The translations under genes were made by a program, and so were the position numbers. The notes under the pieces are model-generated. The model was not told the origin of the DNA. It did not search any database and saw only the letters and a list, made by a program, of their open reading frames with translations. A stretch of DNA of 64,000 nucleotides from Candidatus Saccharimonadia bacterium (GTDB lineage: Bacteria; Patescibacteriota; Saccharimonadia; UBA4664), in assembly GCA_036488585.1 (NCBI GenBank), contig DASXHH010000014.1, forward strand, positions 2,410 to 66,409, given 5' to 3'. Below are positions 8,829 to 18,774 of this stretch, in pieces. Position 1 is the first letter of the stretch; every line of letters begins with the position of its first letter.

Positions 8829-10253
8829 CTAATCTCCTGCTTCTATATCGAAGTTCACGTTGCTGGTGTCAATGATACCTTGCAGAGTGTCTTTGGCTGA
8901 TTGCTCGACTTCGCCTGGGTCGACGCCGGGATAGGCGACGACATCGATGGTAAGCGGGGCGGTGAAGTTGCGTAGACCAATCTGGTAGTTGGGGGTGCCG
9001 ATGGGCAGGACGTCTTGGAGGGCGCTAAGGGTGCTAGAGACGGGTTGACCGTGTAGGCTCACTCGGAAGACGGCCTGGGGACGGCCGTTGTTGCTATTCA
9101 TGACATCGGAGGCGGTGAGGTACACGTACGCCCGGTCGGCGCTGACCGAGACTTCCTGGATGGAACGTTGGCCGGGGAGGGTGGCAATGAGACTTGAGGT
9201 ACCCGAGGACAGATTGTGGGACCAGAGTTTGCCAGCAGTTGAGTAGTACAAGGTGTTGTCGTTTTGCCAATCGCCAACGCTAACGGGATAAGGTTGGGGG
9301 AGGACGGCAACCTGCTTGAGCGAGGAGTCGAATAGTTCGGGGTATGAGCCGACTGAGAGGCTGATGTAACTGCCACTGGGTGACCACGAGGTGACACCGG
9401 TGAGTTTGTAGCCAAACTTCTTGGTGGTGGTTTTGCCGTCGGTAGTGATGACGGTGGCGGTACCGGGTTGCTGGTCGGAGCCGGGATTAATTACGAGTAC
9501 CTTTCCAGTGGCGGCTACCAACAGGCCGTGAGGTGAAAAATCACTCGAGATTTGCGAGAACCCGCCTGATTCGGTGCCGCGATAAACGTTGGCGCCGAGG
9601 CCGAGGTAAATGGTTTTGTCGGGTGCGATGGCGTAGGCCAGTTCGGGTCCGGTAACCGGAGTGCGCAGGGTATGGAAACTATTGCCGTTAATTACGTATA
9701 GTTGGCCAGATTTGTCTTGCGCTAGGCCGTACGTGGTAGTGGCCCAGGCCGCGGAAGTGAAGTACTGGTTCCCAGGGACGGGCGCATCGTGGTTGTCGGT
9801 GCCGATGAACTCGACAGTGTTGGTGTCGCCTGCGATGTAAATCAGACGCGAGCTGTCGGCGGCGAGATTATGGACGCTCTTGTAGAGTACTGGCTCGGTG
9901 GTGGCGACGCTAGACGGTGCGAGATTGAGATCATGGCTGGAGAGCCAGCCCACATTGACTAGCTGGTTGGTGGTGGCGCTTCCCTGCTCTACCGACACGA
10001 TGTAACTTCCGGTTTTAAGCCTGACTGTGGTCTGGCCGGTGGCTTTTTGGGCGATGGTAGGGTTGCCGGTGCTTGCACCCTGCTGAGGCAGCGACGAGAT
10101 GGTAATGTTGGCGACGCTACTGCCGGTGGTAACGGTGACCGTGCCGGTGGTAACGAAGCTCATGATGAGGCTGCCGGCGATGAGAATTGCGGCCAGCGCG
10201 CCGATCCAGCGGACCAGTTTTGGTAGGATGGTTCGAAGTGTATCGGGTGACAT
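8829..10253 (-). CDS. Membrane-anchored extracellular protein, probable beta-propeller
   Basis: N-terminal TM; repeated SWSPSG / IAPDKT / VSADRAYVY blade-like motifs. Confidence 0.6.
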   Translation of the reverse strand: MSPDTLRTILPKLVRWIGALAAILIAGSLIMSFVTTGTVTVTTGSSVANITISSLPQQGASTGNPTIAQKATGQTTVRLKTGSYIVSVEQGSATTNQLVNVGWLSSHDLNLAPSSVATTEPVLYKSVHNLAADSSRLIYIAGDTNTVEFIGTDNHDAPVPGNQYFTSAAWATTTYGLAQDKSGQLYVINGNSFHTLRTPVTGPELAYAIAPDKTIYLGLGANVYRGTESGGFSQISSDFSPHGLLVAATGKVLVINPGSDQQPGTATVITTDGKTTTKKFGYKLTGVTSWSPSGSYISLSVGSYPELFDSSLKQVAVLPQPYPVSVGDWQNDNTLYYSTAGKLWSHNLSSGTSSLIATLPGQRSIQEVSVSADRAYVYLTASDVMNSNNGRPQAVFRVSLHGQPVSSTLSALQDVLPIGTPNYQIGLRNFTAPLTIDVVAYPGVDPGEVEQSAKDTLQGIIDTSNVNFDIEAGD

Positions 10254-10256
10254 GAT

Positions 10257-12593
10257 TTACGGTGCTCCTGCGCAAGTGGCGTCGGTGGTTTTACCTTTAG
10301 TGATTTTTTGGGCCCAGGCGTAGAAGGCTAGCATCATGTTTTTGGCCGCGGCGGATGGCGCGCAGTTGCCATTGATGCCCAGAATAAGGGCTTCAGTGTT
10401 GGGCTGCACACCTTGCTTGGCACTGCCGTCGGCGACGCCCCATTCGATGTTGCCGACGATGTTGTTATAGGGATTGGAAACAGCGGTGGCGATGGTGTCA
10501 CCGGCTTTAACGGCTTGGCCGGTTTTAACGGTGGGTTTGACGCCCTCGGTGAAGTACAAGCTTTGGGAATTGGGCAAGCCGACGTTACAGGGAGCTTTTA
10601 TGACAACCATGAGGCTTCCTTGCCAGCCGGTGGTAGGGCCAGCGAACTGGACGGTACCGTTCATGGGAGAGACGATCTTGTTGGTAAAGGTGCCGTCGTA
10701 ACCCATGTCGAGCCGGTTGGGAGCCCAACCGTCGGGGAACGGATTGACCAGGGTACCCGAGCAGGTGGCGATGCCGGGGGCGGTGGCGCAGGTTTCGGTA
10801 CCGGTTTTGCTGGGGCTGGGCACGAAGGCGTCGAGGAGGGAGAGGGCGTTTTGAGTGTTAACCTTGAGAGCTTTGGCTTTAGCGATGGCCGAGTCGAGGG
10901 TGCCATCACTGGTGTACTTCTCGAGCGGGGCGTCGACGCCGGCGGCAAGCGCTTGGGCCAAGGCTTGGTCTGGTGGCAGGCCAACGCCGGTAGCGATGAG
11001 GTCGTCGGTCATGACAAGACCGCTAAAACCGTATTTGTTGCGGAGTAGGCTGACGGCGGCGGGGCTGGTGCTGGCGACGGTGCCAGGGGCGGTGAGGCCG
11101 GGGACGTGGGCGTTGTCTAGCATGACGCCACTACCGGTACCGGTTTGGGTCTGCTGCAGAAGCTGTGGGTATGGCAGTAGATCAGTGGCTTCTAACTGGC
11201 TGAGGGGGGGCGACGTAACGGATCCAGAGTCGGTATTACCCGTGGAACTACCGAGACCGGGGAAGTGCTTGAATACCGGATTGATACCGCCGGCGGTGAG
11301 GCCGTTGGCGAAGTCCTGGGCTTTAGTTGTAACGGTGACATAGTTGGTGCCGAAGGTACGGCCGGGCTGCTGATGGAAGTCGGAGTTGTTACCGGTGCCG
11401 ATGTCGACCACGGGAGCCAGGTCGGTGTTGATGCCCCAGCCGACCAGTTGCTTAGCGACATTTTGGGCAATGTTTGTCACCTGGGTATCGTTCATTGTGC
11501 TCATGACTCCGGCGTTGGGGAAGTCGGGGAACTGTGAAGAGTAGTTGTATTTATACCGCTTAAAGAGGCCCTCCTCGTCGCTGGCGGTAATGATGGGGTG
11601 ACCAGCGTCTACGGCGAGCGCGTCGAAGAACGGTTTGGTAAACCCGGCGGCGGCGGCGTCGGTGGTATTTAAGACGTATATACCGGCGGGCTTGTACTTT
11701 TTGAAGACGGCTTCGATGGCGGACTTGTTGGTGTTGGCGTCGAAGCCGAGGACGAAGGTGCCCGAGATGGCCTGGTCACCCGAGAGAGAGGTGAAGGTGC
11801 CGTTGGTGGCTGCCGCGGCATTGGGGCAGCAGGCATCGTTACCGCTACTCCCATTCGAACCACTCGAGCCAGTTGAGCCGCTAGAACCGCCTGAGCTGCC
11901 ACTGGAATTGGTGTCGCCGGCGTTCGGCCAGTTGTGGGCTTTGGCGTAGGCTAGGATTTGGTCGGCGTATGCGCCGCGGGGGCCAACGGTTGGTCCAGCC
12001 TTGGCATGTTCAAAATCATTTAGCCAGATGTTGGCAACCGTTTCGGCGGCATTGTTGTCGTTACCGGAGACGGCTTTAATCTTGGCAATGGTGTTGCCCC
12101 CCCCTGCCCACTGGCCGTTACCCTGGGCCTCCCAGTAGGCAATTTGAAGCTCTGATGCAATATCGTAGACGGGACCAGTAACGCCGGCGCCTTTGACGTC
12201 GAGCAACACTTTAGCACCCGGGGTCCACTGCACTAACCCCCAACCGCCGCCACCGGCATCGCTGGGGTTATTTGAGTTTCCACCGCCCTGGATGATGGTG
12301 GGGTCGAAGCCAGATTCCTGCTGGATGTTACCCATGATGCCTGCGGCTTCCGCACCGGTGAAGCCTTTGCCAACGAGCCAGTTCCAGATCTTCATTTCGT
12401 TGTCGCTGCCCTGGGCGGAGCTGGAGCTGGTATCTGGAGTGCTATTGCTGGCACAGCCATCATTCGGGTCGTAGAACATAGTGTCGCTGTGGACGGCGTA
12501 ATGATCGTGGGCGGCGGCGCCCAGGGTGGCTTCGGGCATAAGGACGCAAGCCAACATGGCGGTAATGCTGATTAGGCGGCGAAGCGTGTTCAC
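10257..12593 (-). CDS. Secreted multidomain cell-wall hydrolase: phage-tail lysozyme-like + GH3 (NagZ-like) + M23-like domain
   Basis: AAGIMGNIQQESGFDP...GWGLVQWTP; ASDEEG, DLAPVVD, KHFPGLG, GFSGLVMTDDL; C-terminal IVSPMNGTV...VKTGQAVKAGDTIA. Confidence 0.85.
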   Translation of the reverse strand: MNTLRRLISITAMLACVLMPEATLGAAAHDHYAVHSDTMFYDPNDGCASNSTPDTSSSSAQGSDNEMKIWNWLVGKGFTGAEAAGIMGNIQQESGFDPTIIQGGGNSNNPSDAGGGGWGLVQWTPGAKVLLDVKGAGVTGPVYDIASELQIAYWEAQGNGQWAGGGNTIAKIKAVSGNDNNAAETVANIWLNDFEHAKAGPTVGPRGAYADQILAYAKAHNWPNAGDTNSSGSSGGSSGSTGSSGSNGSSGNDACCPNAAAATNGTFTSLSGDQAISGTFVLGFDANTNKSAIEAVFKKYKPAGIYVLNTTDAAAAGFTKPFFDALAVDAGHPIITASDEEGLFKRYKYNYSSQFPDFPNAGVMSTMNDTQVTNIAQNVAKQLVGWGINTDLAPVVDIGTGNNSDFHQQPGRTFGTNYVTVTTKAQDFANGLTAGGINPVFKHFPGLGSSTGNTDSGSVTSPPLSQLEATDLLPYPQLLQQTQTGTGSGVMLDNAHVPGLTAPGTVASTSPAAVSLLRNKYGFSGLVMTDDLIATGVGLPPDQALAQALAAGVDAPLEKYTSDGTLDSAIAKAKALKVNTQNALSLLDAFVPSPSKTGTETCATAPGIATCSGTLVNPFPDGWAPNRLDMGYDGTFTNKIVSPMNGTVQFAGPTTGWQGSLMVVIKAPCNVGLPNSQSLYFTEGVKPTVKTGQAVKAGDTIATAVSNPYNNIVGNIEWGVADGSAKQGVQPNTEALILGINGNCAPSAAAKNMMLAFYAWAQKITKGKTTDATCAGAP

Positions 12594-15160
12594 GGTGAGT
12601 TCAGTCCCCCATCATCGGCGTTGGTGAAATCTGAATTCATGGACTGGAGGTTGGCGAGGTCGAGGCGGCAAAGGTTGGCGTGGACTTGGTCGGGAGGTGT
12701 GTGGGGCGGATCGACAGCTGGGCAGTCGTCGAGGCTCATTTCGCCGAGCTTAACATCGAGCTTGCCGAGGCGCTGCTGGGCGCTTTGGTAAGCTTTAGCA
12801 AGGGCGGCGCCATTGTCGTTTTGACTGAGGTCTTGGTCGGTGTAGCCCCACTCGTTGAGGCCGTAATCGCGGCTGGGATCGTCGTAAGTGGCCTGGGCGC
12901 TGCCAACGCCGAGCAGCTGGAAGAGTGGCGCGAGCATTTGGTAAGGGCGAGCGCCAATGGCTGCCATGTAGTCGGCGCCGTCACTGAGTGCGCCGGCGGG
13001 CGTTACTGGGGCCTGCAGGGCCAGGACGTTTACGAGTGAGCGAGGGTTGTCGGCGGAGAAGAGGCGGTCACTGAGACTAAGCTTGCGGTTGGTAATGCCT
13101 TGTTCTGTGGCCACTTCTTGGTCGATCTGGACGGCTTGCGGGGCGCTAAGCATATGGCCGCCCATCCAGCGGGCGAAGTCCATACCAGCAACGGTGCCGC
13201 CAGCGTCGATTTGGTTAAACAGGTCGGCGCCGGTTTCGGTGCCATCCACGGCTGGTCCAACCAGTTTGATCAAGAGTTCAGCCAGGACTTGGCCAATGTG
13301 AGCCATTAGCCAGTCAATGGCGCTACCAAGAGGCGGGATGGCAATCTTAATGGCATCAACGATAAGGTTGAAGATGGCGCCGATGACACTATTGATGGCG
13401 CCCCAAATAATTCCTAGCGAGTGGTACCAGAGTTCCATAGCGTAATGGAAACCGATAGATCCAATGAGCGGATCGTAGGTTATAAATGACCGGTACCAGT
13501 CTTGGATGGGATGTTGGGTTTCATTGATGGAGCGGGAGTTGACCTCCTCGGTTACGCCGCCGTTGCCGTCGCTGACGCAGGTGAGTGACTGGTTGGAGGG
13601 GTCGCACTTGTCGGTGTTAGCGCCGATCTGGGCAGTGCCGTAGATATACTTGGAGGCTTCGGACTTTTCGGTGCCGTCGAGCATGCCCATGGTGGCATTG
13701 AATTCGTCGCCGGAGACGGTGTTACCGTCGTTGTGGTTGTCGTTGATGGTGCCCCAGAGGAAGAATTCGCCGGCGTATTGGACTTTGTGAATGTTTACGA
13801 GCACTTTATCTGCGGTGCCATACCAGAAGAAGTGATCGATACGGGAGGCGATGTCGATGGCGGAGACTAAGATAAGCGGACCCTTGGCGGCGGCGAAAGC
13901 GGTGGTGATACTCTGCGTGATTTCCGGAGCCAGGAACTTGGACAAAAGCCGGCTAAAAACGCGGCCGGGAAGGACGTGATCTGCTACTTTATTGTAGATG
14001 TCCTTGGCTTTTTGAGTCGCAGTGGTGTTGCTGTCGCTGGCGGCACTGGTGACATCGCCGTCGTGAGTGGTGCCGTTGGGGTCGGCGGTTACATCGCTGA
14101 CACCGGTGCGGTCTTGGGCATTGGGGTTGCCTTCGTCGGTGGGGCAGTCCGCGCCCCCACCAGTGACGGCACCGAGGGCACATTTAACGGCCGAGACAAG
14201 ACCGCTGGCAAAGCGGGCACCGGCTTTATCTATTCGTTCACTAGTAACTTCCTTCTCGGCGTCGGGGCCGGTCTTTTTACTAAAAAATTTCCAGTCCTTG
14301 ACGCTATAAAGAACCGTAGCCATTTTGCGTAGCGGATTTCGTTCGAGATACTGGAGGTTGTGAACCTGGGTGGTAAACTTGTCGCCTAGCGCGCCTACTA
14401 CTTTGGGATCGTCAATGGAGCCGATGTGAACATTGTCTTGGTAGAGGTGGATGGTGCCACCTTCTTTTTTGGCGACCAGGCGCTGCTGATTGGCCAGTTG
14501 TTTTTCGAGACTGTCCCCGCCGTCCGGGGGTTTGCGCCAATTGCGCATGAGTTGCTTTTCAGGCTCGCTGAAGTTGGAGATTTCTTTTTCGAAGGCGGCG
14601 TCGTCGTTGCCGACACTGGCTTTCAAATACGACTTGAGGAGCTGGCGAGGGCCAAATATGCGCTTCACCACATAGTGCTTAATACGGGCTTCAATCCGGT
14701 GCTTGAGAATGTTCTTCATCATGGACTCGAGTTTGAACGGCACCAGCGACATGAAGCCGCCGGCCATAATGCCGGAGACGATGACGGCGATGATTACATA
14801 GGTGAGGGGCTTCTTGCGCCGGCCAACGCCGGCGCTGAACTGGGACAAGCGGCTGGATGAGCTGGTGGTACCGCCGGACTTGGACGATCCCGGACCCGAG
14901 CCAGCGGTAGCGGTGGGGGCAGCGGTCTTGGTGCCACCAGATGCGTCCGCCGAGCTGCTATTCTGGTTGTTGTCGTCCTTGGGGCGGCTCTTGATTTTGC
15001 CTTCGGAGGCGTTTTCTACGGTGTTGCCGGCTTGGGCTGAAGAGGCGTTGGTAGGATCGTTGGCGTAGGCTTCAATTTGATCAAATTCAGCATCAGAAAC
15101 TTGCCCGTCCGAAACGCGCTCGTCACCCTGAAGGTCGCCGGGATTAGTCAGCGTTGCCAT
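12590..15160 (-). CDS. Large membrane protein of unknown function in T4SS-like operon
   Basis: 856 aa, several hydrophobic segments, overlaps the hydrolase start; co-oriented with virB4. Confidence 0.75.
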   Translation of the reverse strand: MATLTNPGDLQGDERVSDGQVSDAEFDQIEAYANDPTNASSAQAGNTVENASEGKIKSRPKDDNNQNSSSADASGGTKTAAPTATAGSGPGSSKSGGTTSSSSRLSQFSAGVGRRKKPLTYVIIAVIVSGIMAGGFMSLVPFKLESMMKNILKHRIEARIKHYVVKRIFGPRQLLKSYLKASVGNDDAAFEKEISNFSEPEKQLMRNWRKPPDGGDSLEKQLANQQRLVAKKEGGTIHLYQDNVHIGSIDDPKVVGALGDKFTTQVHNLQYLERNPLRKMATVLYSVKDWKFFSKKTGPDAEKEVTSERIDKAGARFASGLVSAVKCALGAVTGGGADCPTDEGNPNAQDRTGVSDVTADPNGTTHDGDVTSAASDSNTTATQKAKDIYNKVADHVLPGRVFSRLLSKFLAPEITQSITTAFAAAKGPLILVSAIDIASRIDHFFWYGTADKVLVNIHKVQYAGEFFLWGTINDNHNDGNTVSGDEFNATMGMLDGTEKSEASKYIYGTAQIGANTDKCDPSNQSLTCVSDGNGGVTEEVNSRSINETQHPIQDWYRSFITYDPLIGSIGFHYAMELWYHSLGIIWGAINSVIGAIFNLIVDAIKIAIPPLGSAIDWLMAHIGQVLAELLIKLVGPAVDGTETGADLFNQIDAGGTVAGMDFARWMGGHMLSAPQAVQIDQEVATEQGITNRKLSLSDRLFSADNPRSLVNVLALQAPVTPAGALSDGADYMAAIGARPYQMLAPLFQLLGVGSAQATYDDPSRDYGLNEWGYTDQDLSQNDNGAALAKAYQSAQQRLGKLDVKLGEMSLDDCPAVDPPHTPPDQVHANLCRLDLANLQSMNSDFTNADDGGLNSP

Positions 15161-15232
15161 GTCACCTCATAACGCTCATGGTTATTGTAAGTTTACATGG
15201 CTCTAAGTGGCCAGTAAAGCGCGTTGGGCGGA

Positions 15233-17113
15233 TTAGGCGCTGGTGGCTTGGCGCTCTTTTTCCTCGGCGGCGGCTTGCTCGGCACGAGCGGCGGCGAGGG
15301 CTTCGGGGTTGGTGGAGATGAGTCCGGCTTCGGTCTCAGAGGCCAGGATGCGAATGATGACGTGGTTGAGTCCGGCGAAGAAGAGTCCCTCGCCCACTGG
15401 GAATTGGCTTAAGCGGTTTCGTTCCTCGGAGGTAAGTTTGAAAGTTTCGGCCACGATGTCGACGGCGGATGGCGCCTGTTTGAGTAGGAGTTGCAGTGAG
15501 GAGTTGGCTACAACGGCTCGGCCCATTTTGCTGGACAGGAAGTCTTCCACGTCCTGGGAGATGGTGGTGACGCCGAGGTAGTACTTACGGGCGCGCTTGG
15601 CCAGCGAGAACATAAAAGCGGCGGAATCCTCGTATTTCATGAGCTGCCAGGCCTCGTCCACGATGAGCATGCGCTTGCGGCGGTCGGATTTAACCTTGTT
15701 CCAGATGTAATTGAGCACAATGTACATGCCGACCGGGCGGAGCTGGTCTTCGAGGTCGCGGATGTTGAAGACCAGGAACGGGTTGTCGAGTTTGACATTG
15801 GATTGCTCGGAGAAGATGCCGGAAAACGTACCGGTGGTGTACTGACGTAGGCGTTGAGCCAAGCCGGGGCCGTTGCCGGTCATGGAGGCCAGGGTGTTGT
15901 AGAGATCGTTCATGGTGGGTGGAGTGGCGTTGTGCGTGAGTGGGTCCTTGGTGATGCCGGCACGCGCGTAGGTATTGATGATGGCGACGTCGAGGTCGGC
16001 GTCTTCGGCTGGGGTGAGCGGCTGGAAGACCATTTGGCCGCTGGTGGAGGCACCACCCATCATGAGGCGCAGGAGACCGTGGAGCGAGATGATATTGGCC
16101 TGGAGGGCGTTGTCGGCCTCGTCCTGGTCGTAAACCTGTGGTAGGTCAAATGGGTTGATGCGCGTCTGGGACGCTAGAGACAGGCGCAAATAGCTGCCGC
16201 CAACGGCTTCGCAGAGGGTGCGGTACTCGTCTTCGGGGTCGATAACGATGATTTCGGAGCCCATCATAAGGCTACGGAGGGCTTCGAGCTTGATGGCGAA
16301 CGATTTACCGGCACCGGACTTGGCGAACACGACCATGTTGGCGTTTTCGAGCGTGAATCGGTCGAAGAGAACGAGGCCGTTGTTGTGGCGGTTGAGACCG
16401 TAGAGGATGCCCTCGTTGCGCGAGAGCTCGGCGGAGGTGAACGGGAAGGTGGTGGAGAGCGCGCCGGTGTTCATGTTGCGCGAGATCTGGAGCTGGTCGG
16501 TCATGACAGGTGTGGTGGAGTTGAAGCCCTGCTCCATCTGCATGGTGGAAGGCTTGGTGTAAACCAGCGATTGGCCGAAGATACCCTCGATTTTGCGCGT
16601 CACCTGGGTGAGCTGATCGAGAGTTTCGGCGTACATGGTGAGATACATACCAAAGCGGAAGAAGCGCTCCTCCCCTACCTGCAGTTTGTCGCGCAATTCC
16701 TCGGCGTCCTGGATGGCGGCTTCGAGTCCGGGGTCGCGGACCTTGCCCTTCTCTTGGTTGATGGTGTACGAGGCTTCGAGCTGGCCCATTTTGCGGCGGA
16801 GATTGTTAAGTACCACCTGGGATTCCACTGGATAAATAAACAGAGAGATATCGATGATTTCATCAAGGTTGATGATGGGACTGAGCCAGCCCGTGAAGAC
16901 TTGTCGCGGGTAGCCGTAAACGTAGATGGTTTTGCAGAAACGCTTGCCGAGGCGGAGGTGACCGGATTCGATTTCGAGGCTGGGCGGCGCGATGAGGTCG
17001 CGCATAGTGACAATGCCTTGGCGGTAGATGAGCTCGGCTTCGCGCTGCTCGTTGGTACGCTGCATTTGCGCGATTTGCTCAGGCGTTAAGGCTGCTTGCT
17101 TCTTTTTAGCCAT
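15233..17113 (-). CDS. virB4: VirB4-like type IV secretion ATPase
   Basis: NANMVVFAKSGAGKSF Walker A, VIDPEDEY, LIVDEAW, KRARKY, ISQDVEDF. Confidence 0.9.
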   Translation of the reverse strand: MAKKKQAALTPEQIAQMQRTNEQREAELIYRQGIVTMRDLIAPPSLEIESGHLRLGKRFCKTIYVYGYPRQVFTGWLSPIINLDEIIDISLFIYPVESQVVLNNLRRKMGQLEASYTINQEKGKVRDPGLEAAIQDAEELRDKLQVGEERFFRFGMYLTMYAETLDQLTQVTRKIEGIFGQSLVYTKPSTMQMEQGFNSTTPVMTDQLQISRNMNTGALSTTFPFTSAELSRNEGILYGLNRHNNGLVLFDRFTLENANMVVFAKSGAGKSFAIKLEALRSLMMGSEIIVIDPEDEYRTLCEAVGGSYLRLSLASQTRINPFDLPQVYDQDEADNALQANIISLHGLLRLMMGGASTSGQMVFQPLTPAEDADLDVAIINTYARAGITKDPLTHNATPPTMNDLYNTLASMTGNGPGLAQRLRQYTTGTFSGIFSEQSNVKLDNPFLVFNIRDLEDQLRPVGMYIVLNYIWNKVKSDRRKRMLIVDEAWQLMKYEDSAAFMFSLAKRARKYYLGVTTISQDVEDFLSSKMGRAVVANSSLQLLLKQAPSAVDIVAETFKLTSEERNRLSQFPVGEGLFFAGLNHVIIRILASETEAGLISTNPEALAAARAEQAAAEEKERQATSA

Positions 17114-17128
17114 TGATTACTCCCATAG

Positions 17129-17863
17129 CTAGACTGGCGCTCCCGGTAGTGGCCCGCGAGGTGCATTCCCCTCCCCTTTTTGGACCACGGGGGTGACGAG
17201 CTGGGAGGCATCGATGAGTTTCTGGTTGGCGGCAACGTCGGGGTTGTACCACATGTAGTAAAGGTCGACGAGCTCTTGGGAGCCGAGAGAAATGGCCCGG
17301 ATGCCCATTTGACTCATGCCGTTGGCGACGAGGGCCATGCGCTGTGACAGTTCCTGCTTATACTTACGGAAATCTTCCTCGGCTACGGTGATGACTGGGG
17401 TGGGCTCAAAAGCGGCCTTGAGACCCTCGAGGAGGCCGATTTTTTTCTGTTCCATAAGGGGCGGGAAGTACGGCACCACAACGTAGAATTGCTTGTCCAT
17501 AATGTTGACCTCTTGGAGGAGGGATTGGATGTTTTGGATGTAGTCGTCCATAAGGGCGCCGAGGAGCTCGTTGGGTTGCTCACCGCGCAGGGCTTGGAGC
17601 TTCGCCATATAACTGGAGAGGTCGATGTGTTGGCTCTTAATGACTATTTGGACGGGGAAGTGAAGCGAGTTGAGGAAGCCCTGGTAGGCGTACTCGACAG
17701 CCTCTTGCTCGGATTGGTTCATGAGGTCGAAATTGATGGCACTGCCGAGGATGACGCCGCGCAGAGAGCCGTCGTGCATCACTACAACGCCATCCTTGAT
17801 CTCGGAGATCAGGAGGGAATTTTGGGTACTTTTGCCTGATTGGGCGCTGGTATCAGCTGGCAT
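17129..17863 (-). CDS. T4SS-associated protein resembling the VirB4/TraC N-terminal accessory region
   Basis: STQNSLLISEIKDGVVV...AINFDLM...FLNSLHFPVQI...FYVVVPY; lies between PrgI-like gene and virB4; start at MPADT. Confidence 0.7.
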   Translation of the reverse strand: MPADTSAQSGKSTQNSLLISEIKDGVVVMHDGSLRGVILGSAINFDLMNQSEQEAVEYAYQGFLNSLHFPVQIVIKSQHIDLSSYMAKLQALRGEQPNELLGALMDDYIQNIQSLLQEVNIMDKQFYVVVPYFPPLMEQKKIGLLEGLKAAFEPTPVITVAEEDFRKYKQELSQRMALVANGMSQMGIRAISLGSQELVDLYYMWYNPDVAANQKLIDASQLVTPVVQKGEGNAPRGPLPGAPV

Positions 17864-18668
17864 TGGTTGGCTCCACCGTTTGAGGGTTTGCGGATGGCAC
17901 CAGGCGGGTGGCCTGGGCCGCAATCTGCGACACACTCAAGTCGTCGTTTTGAGTCGCTAGCTTAAGTATATCGTTGGGCTGGGATGGTGTCACGCCGGTT
18001 ATGCTTGCTTGGGCGGTGGCGAGTGCAGCTGGGGCTTTGGCGCGCGGATCGGTCATTTGCTGCACAGCCTCTTCGCGGACGTCTTCGGCCGCTTCACGCA
18101 GTAGCTCGGCTAGGTTTTGGGCCGATGGGCTATTCTTCATGTCGAGCATGTCGGTCTTGGGCATGTCGGGGGCAAGTGGCGCCGGCGGCGGGGCAACCAT
18201 GCGGTCTTCGTGGGCGGTGGTGGGCATGATGGCTTGGTTTTCGGGCTGGGGCGGTTCGTTCCAACCGCGGGAGTCGATGAGGGTGGAGAGCTTCTCGAGC
18301 TCGCTAATGACCTCGGCGGGGTTGCGCTGGGTAATTTCGGCCGCGTGCTTGGTGGGCTCGATGTGGAAGACTTCTGCGACAGGATCTTTTACCCAGACTC
18401 GGCGACGAGCAGCAGCAAAGAAGCCGACCATGGCGATTAGGAGCTGCTCGAAGTTTTGGCCGTCGCGGGTGTAGAAGGCTAGGAGCAGAAAGAGCATGGT
18501 GGGCGGGAATCCAACCACGGCCAGCAGGGCCGGCACGGCGCGTAAGATGGCAAAGCACAAAATACCCCAGCCGACGCCAATAAGCGCATAGATGAACTGG
18601 CGGAATGTGAGGGGGCCGAGAATTTTATCTTCGGCCTCAACGTTTTGCGGGACTTTATATTGGCCCAC
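17853..18668 (-). CDS. PrgI-family (VirB3-like) protein
   Basis: YKVPQNVEAEDKILGPLTFRQF plus two TM helices. Confidence 0.85.
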   Translation of the reverse strand: MGQYKVPQNVEAEDKILGPLTFRQFIYALIGVGWGILCFAILRAVPALLAVVGFPPTMLFLLLAFYTRDGQNFEQLLIAMVGFFAAARRRVWVKDPVAEVFHIEPTKHAAEITQRNPAEVISELEKLSTLIDSRGWNEPPQPENQAIMPTTAHEDRMVAPPPAPLAPDMPKTDMLDMKNSPSAQNLAELLREAAEDVREEAVQQMTDPRAKAPAALATAQASITGVTPSQPNDILKLATQNDDLSVSQIAAQATRLVPSANPQTVEPTNAS

Positions 18669-18774
18669 TGGGATCGCTTCTCCTAAGTAGTCCTCAATCG
18701 CACACAGAGTGGTGCTATATAAAGCTTACGCTAAACTGAGACGCGCTCCAAGAGGGGGAGCGCCTTGTAGCGGA

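Noticed and set aside
11860-11915. Repeated SSG-coding sequence in the hydrolase
   Set aside because: Low-complexity Gly/Ser linker, not a DNA repeat element.
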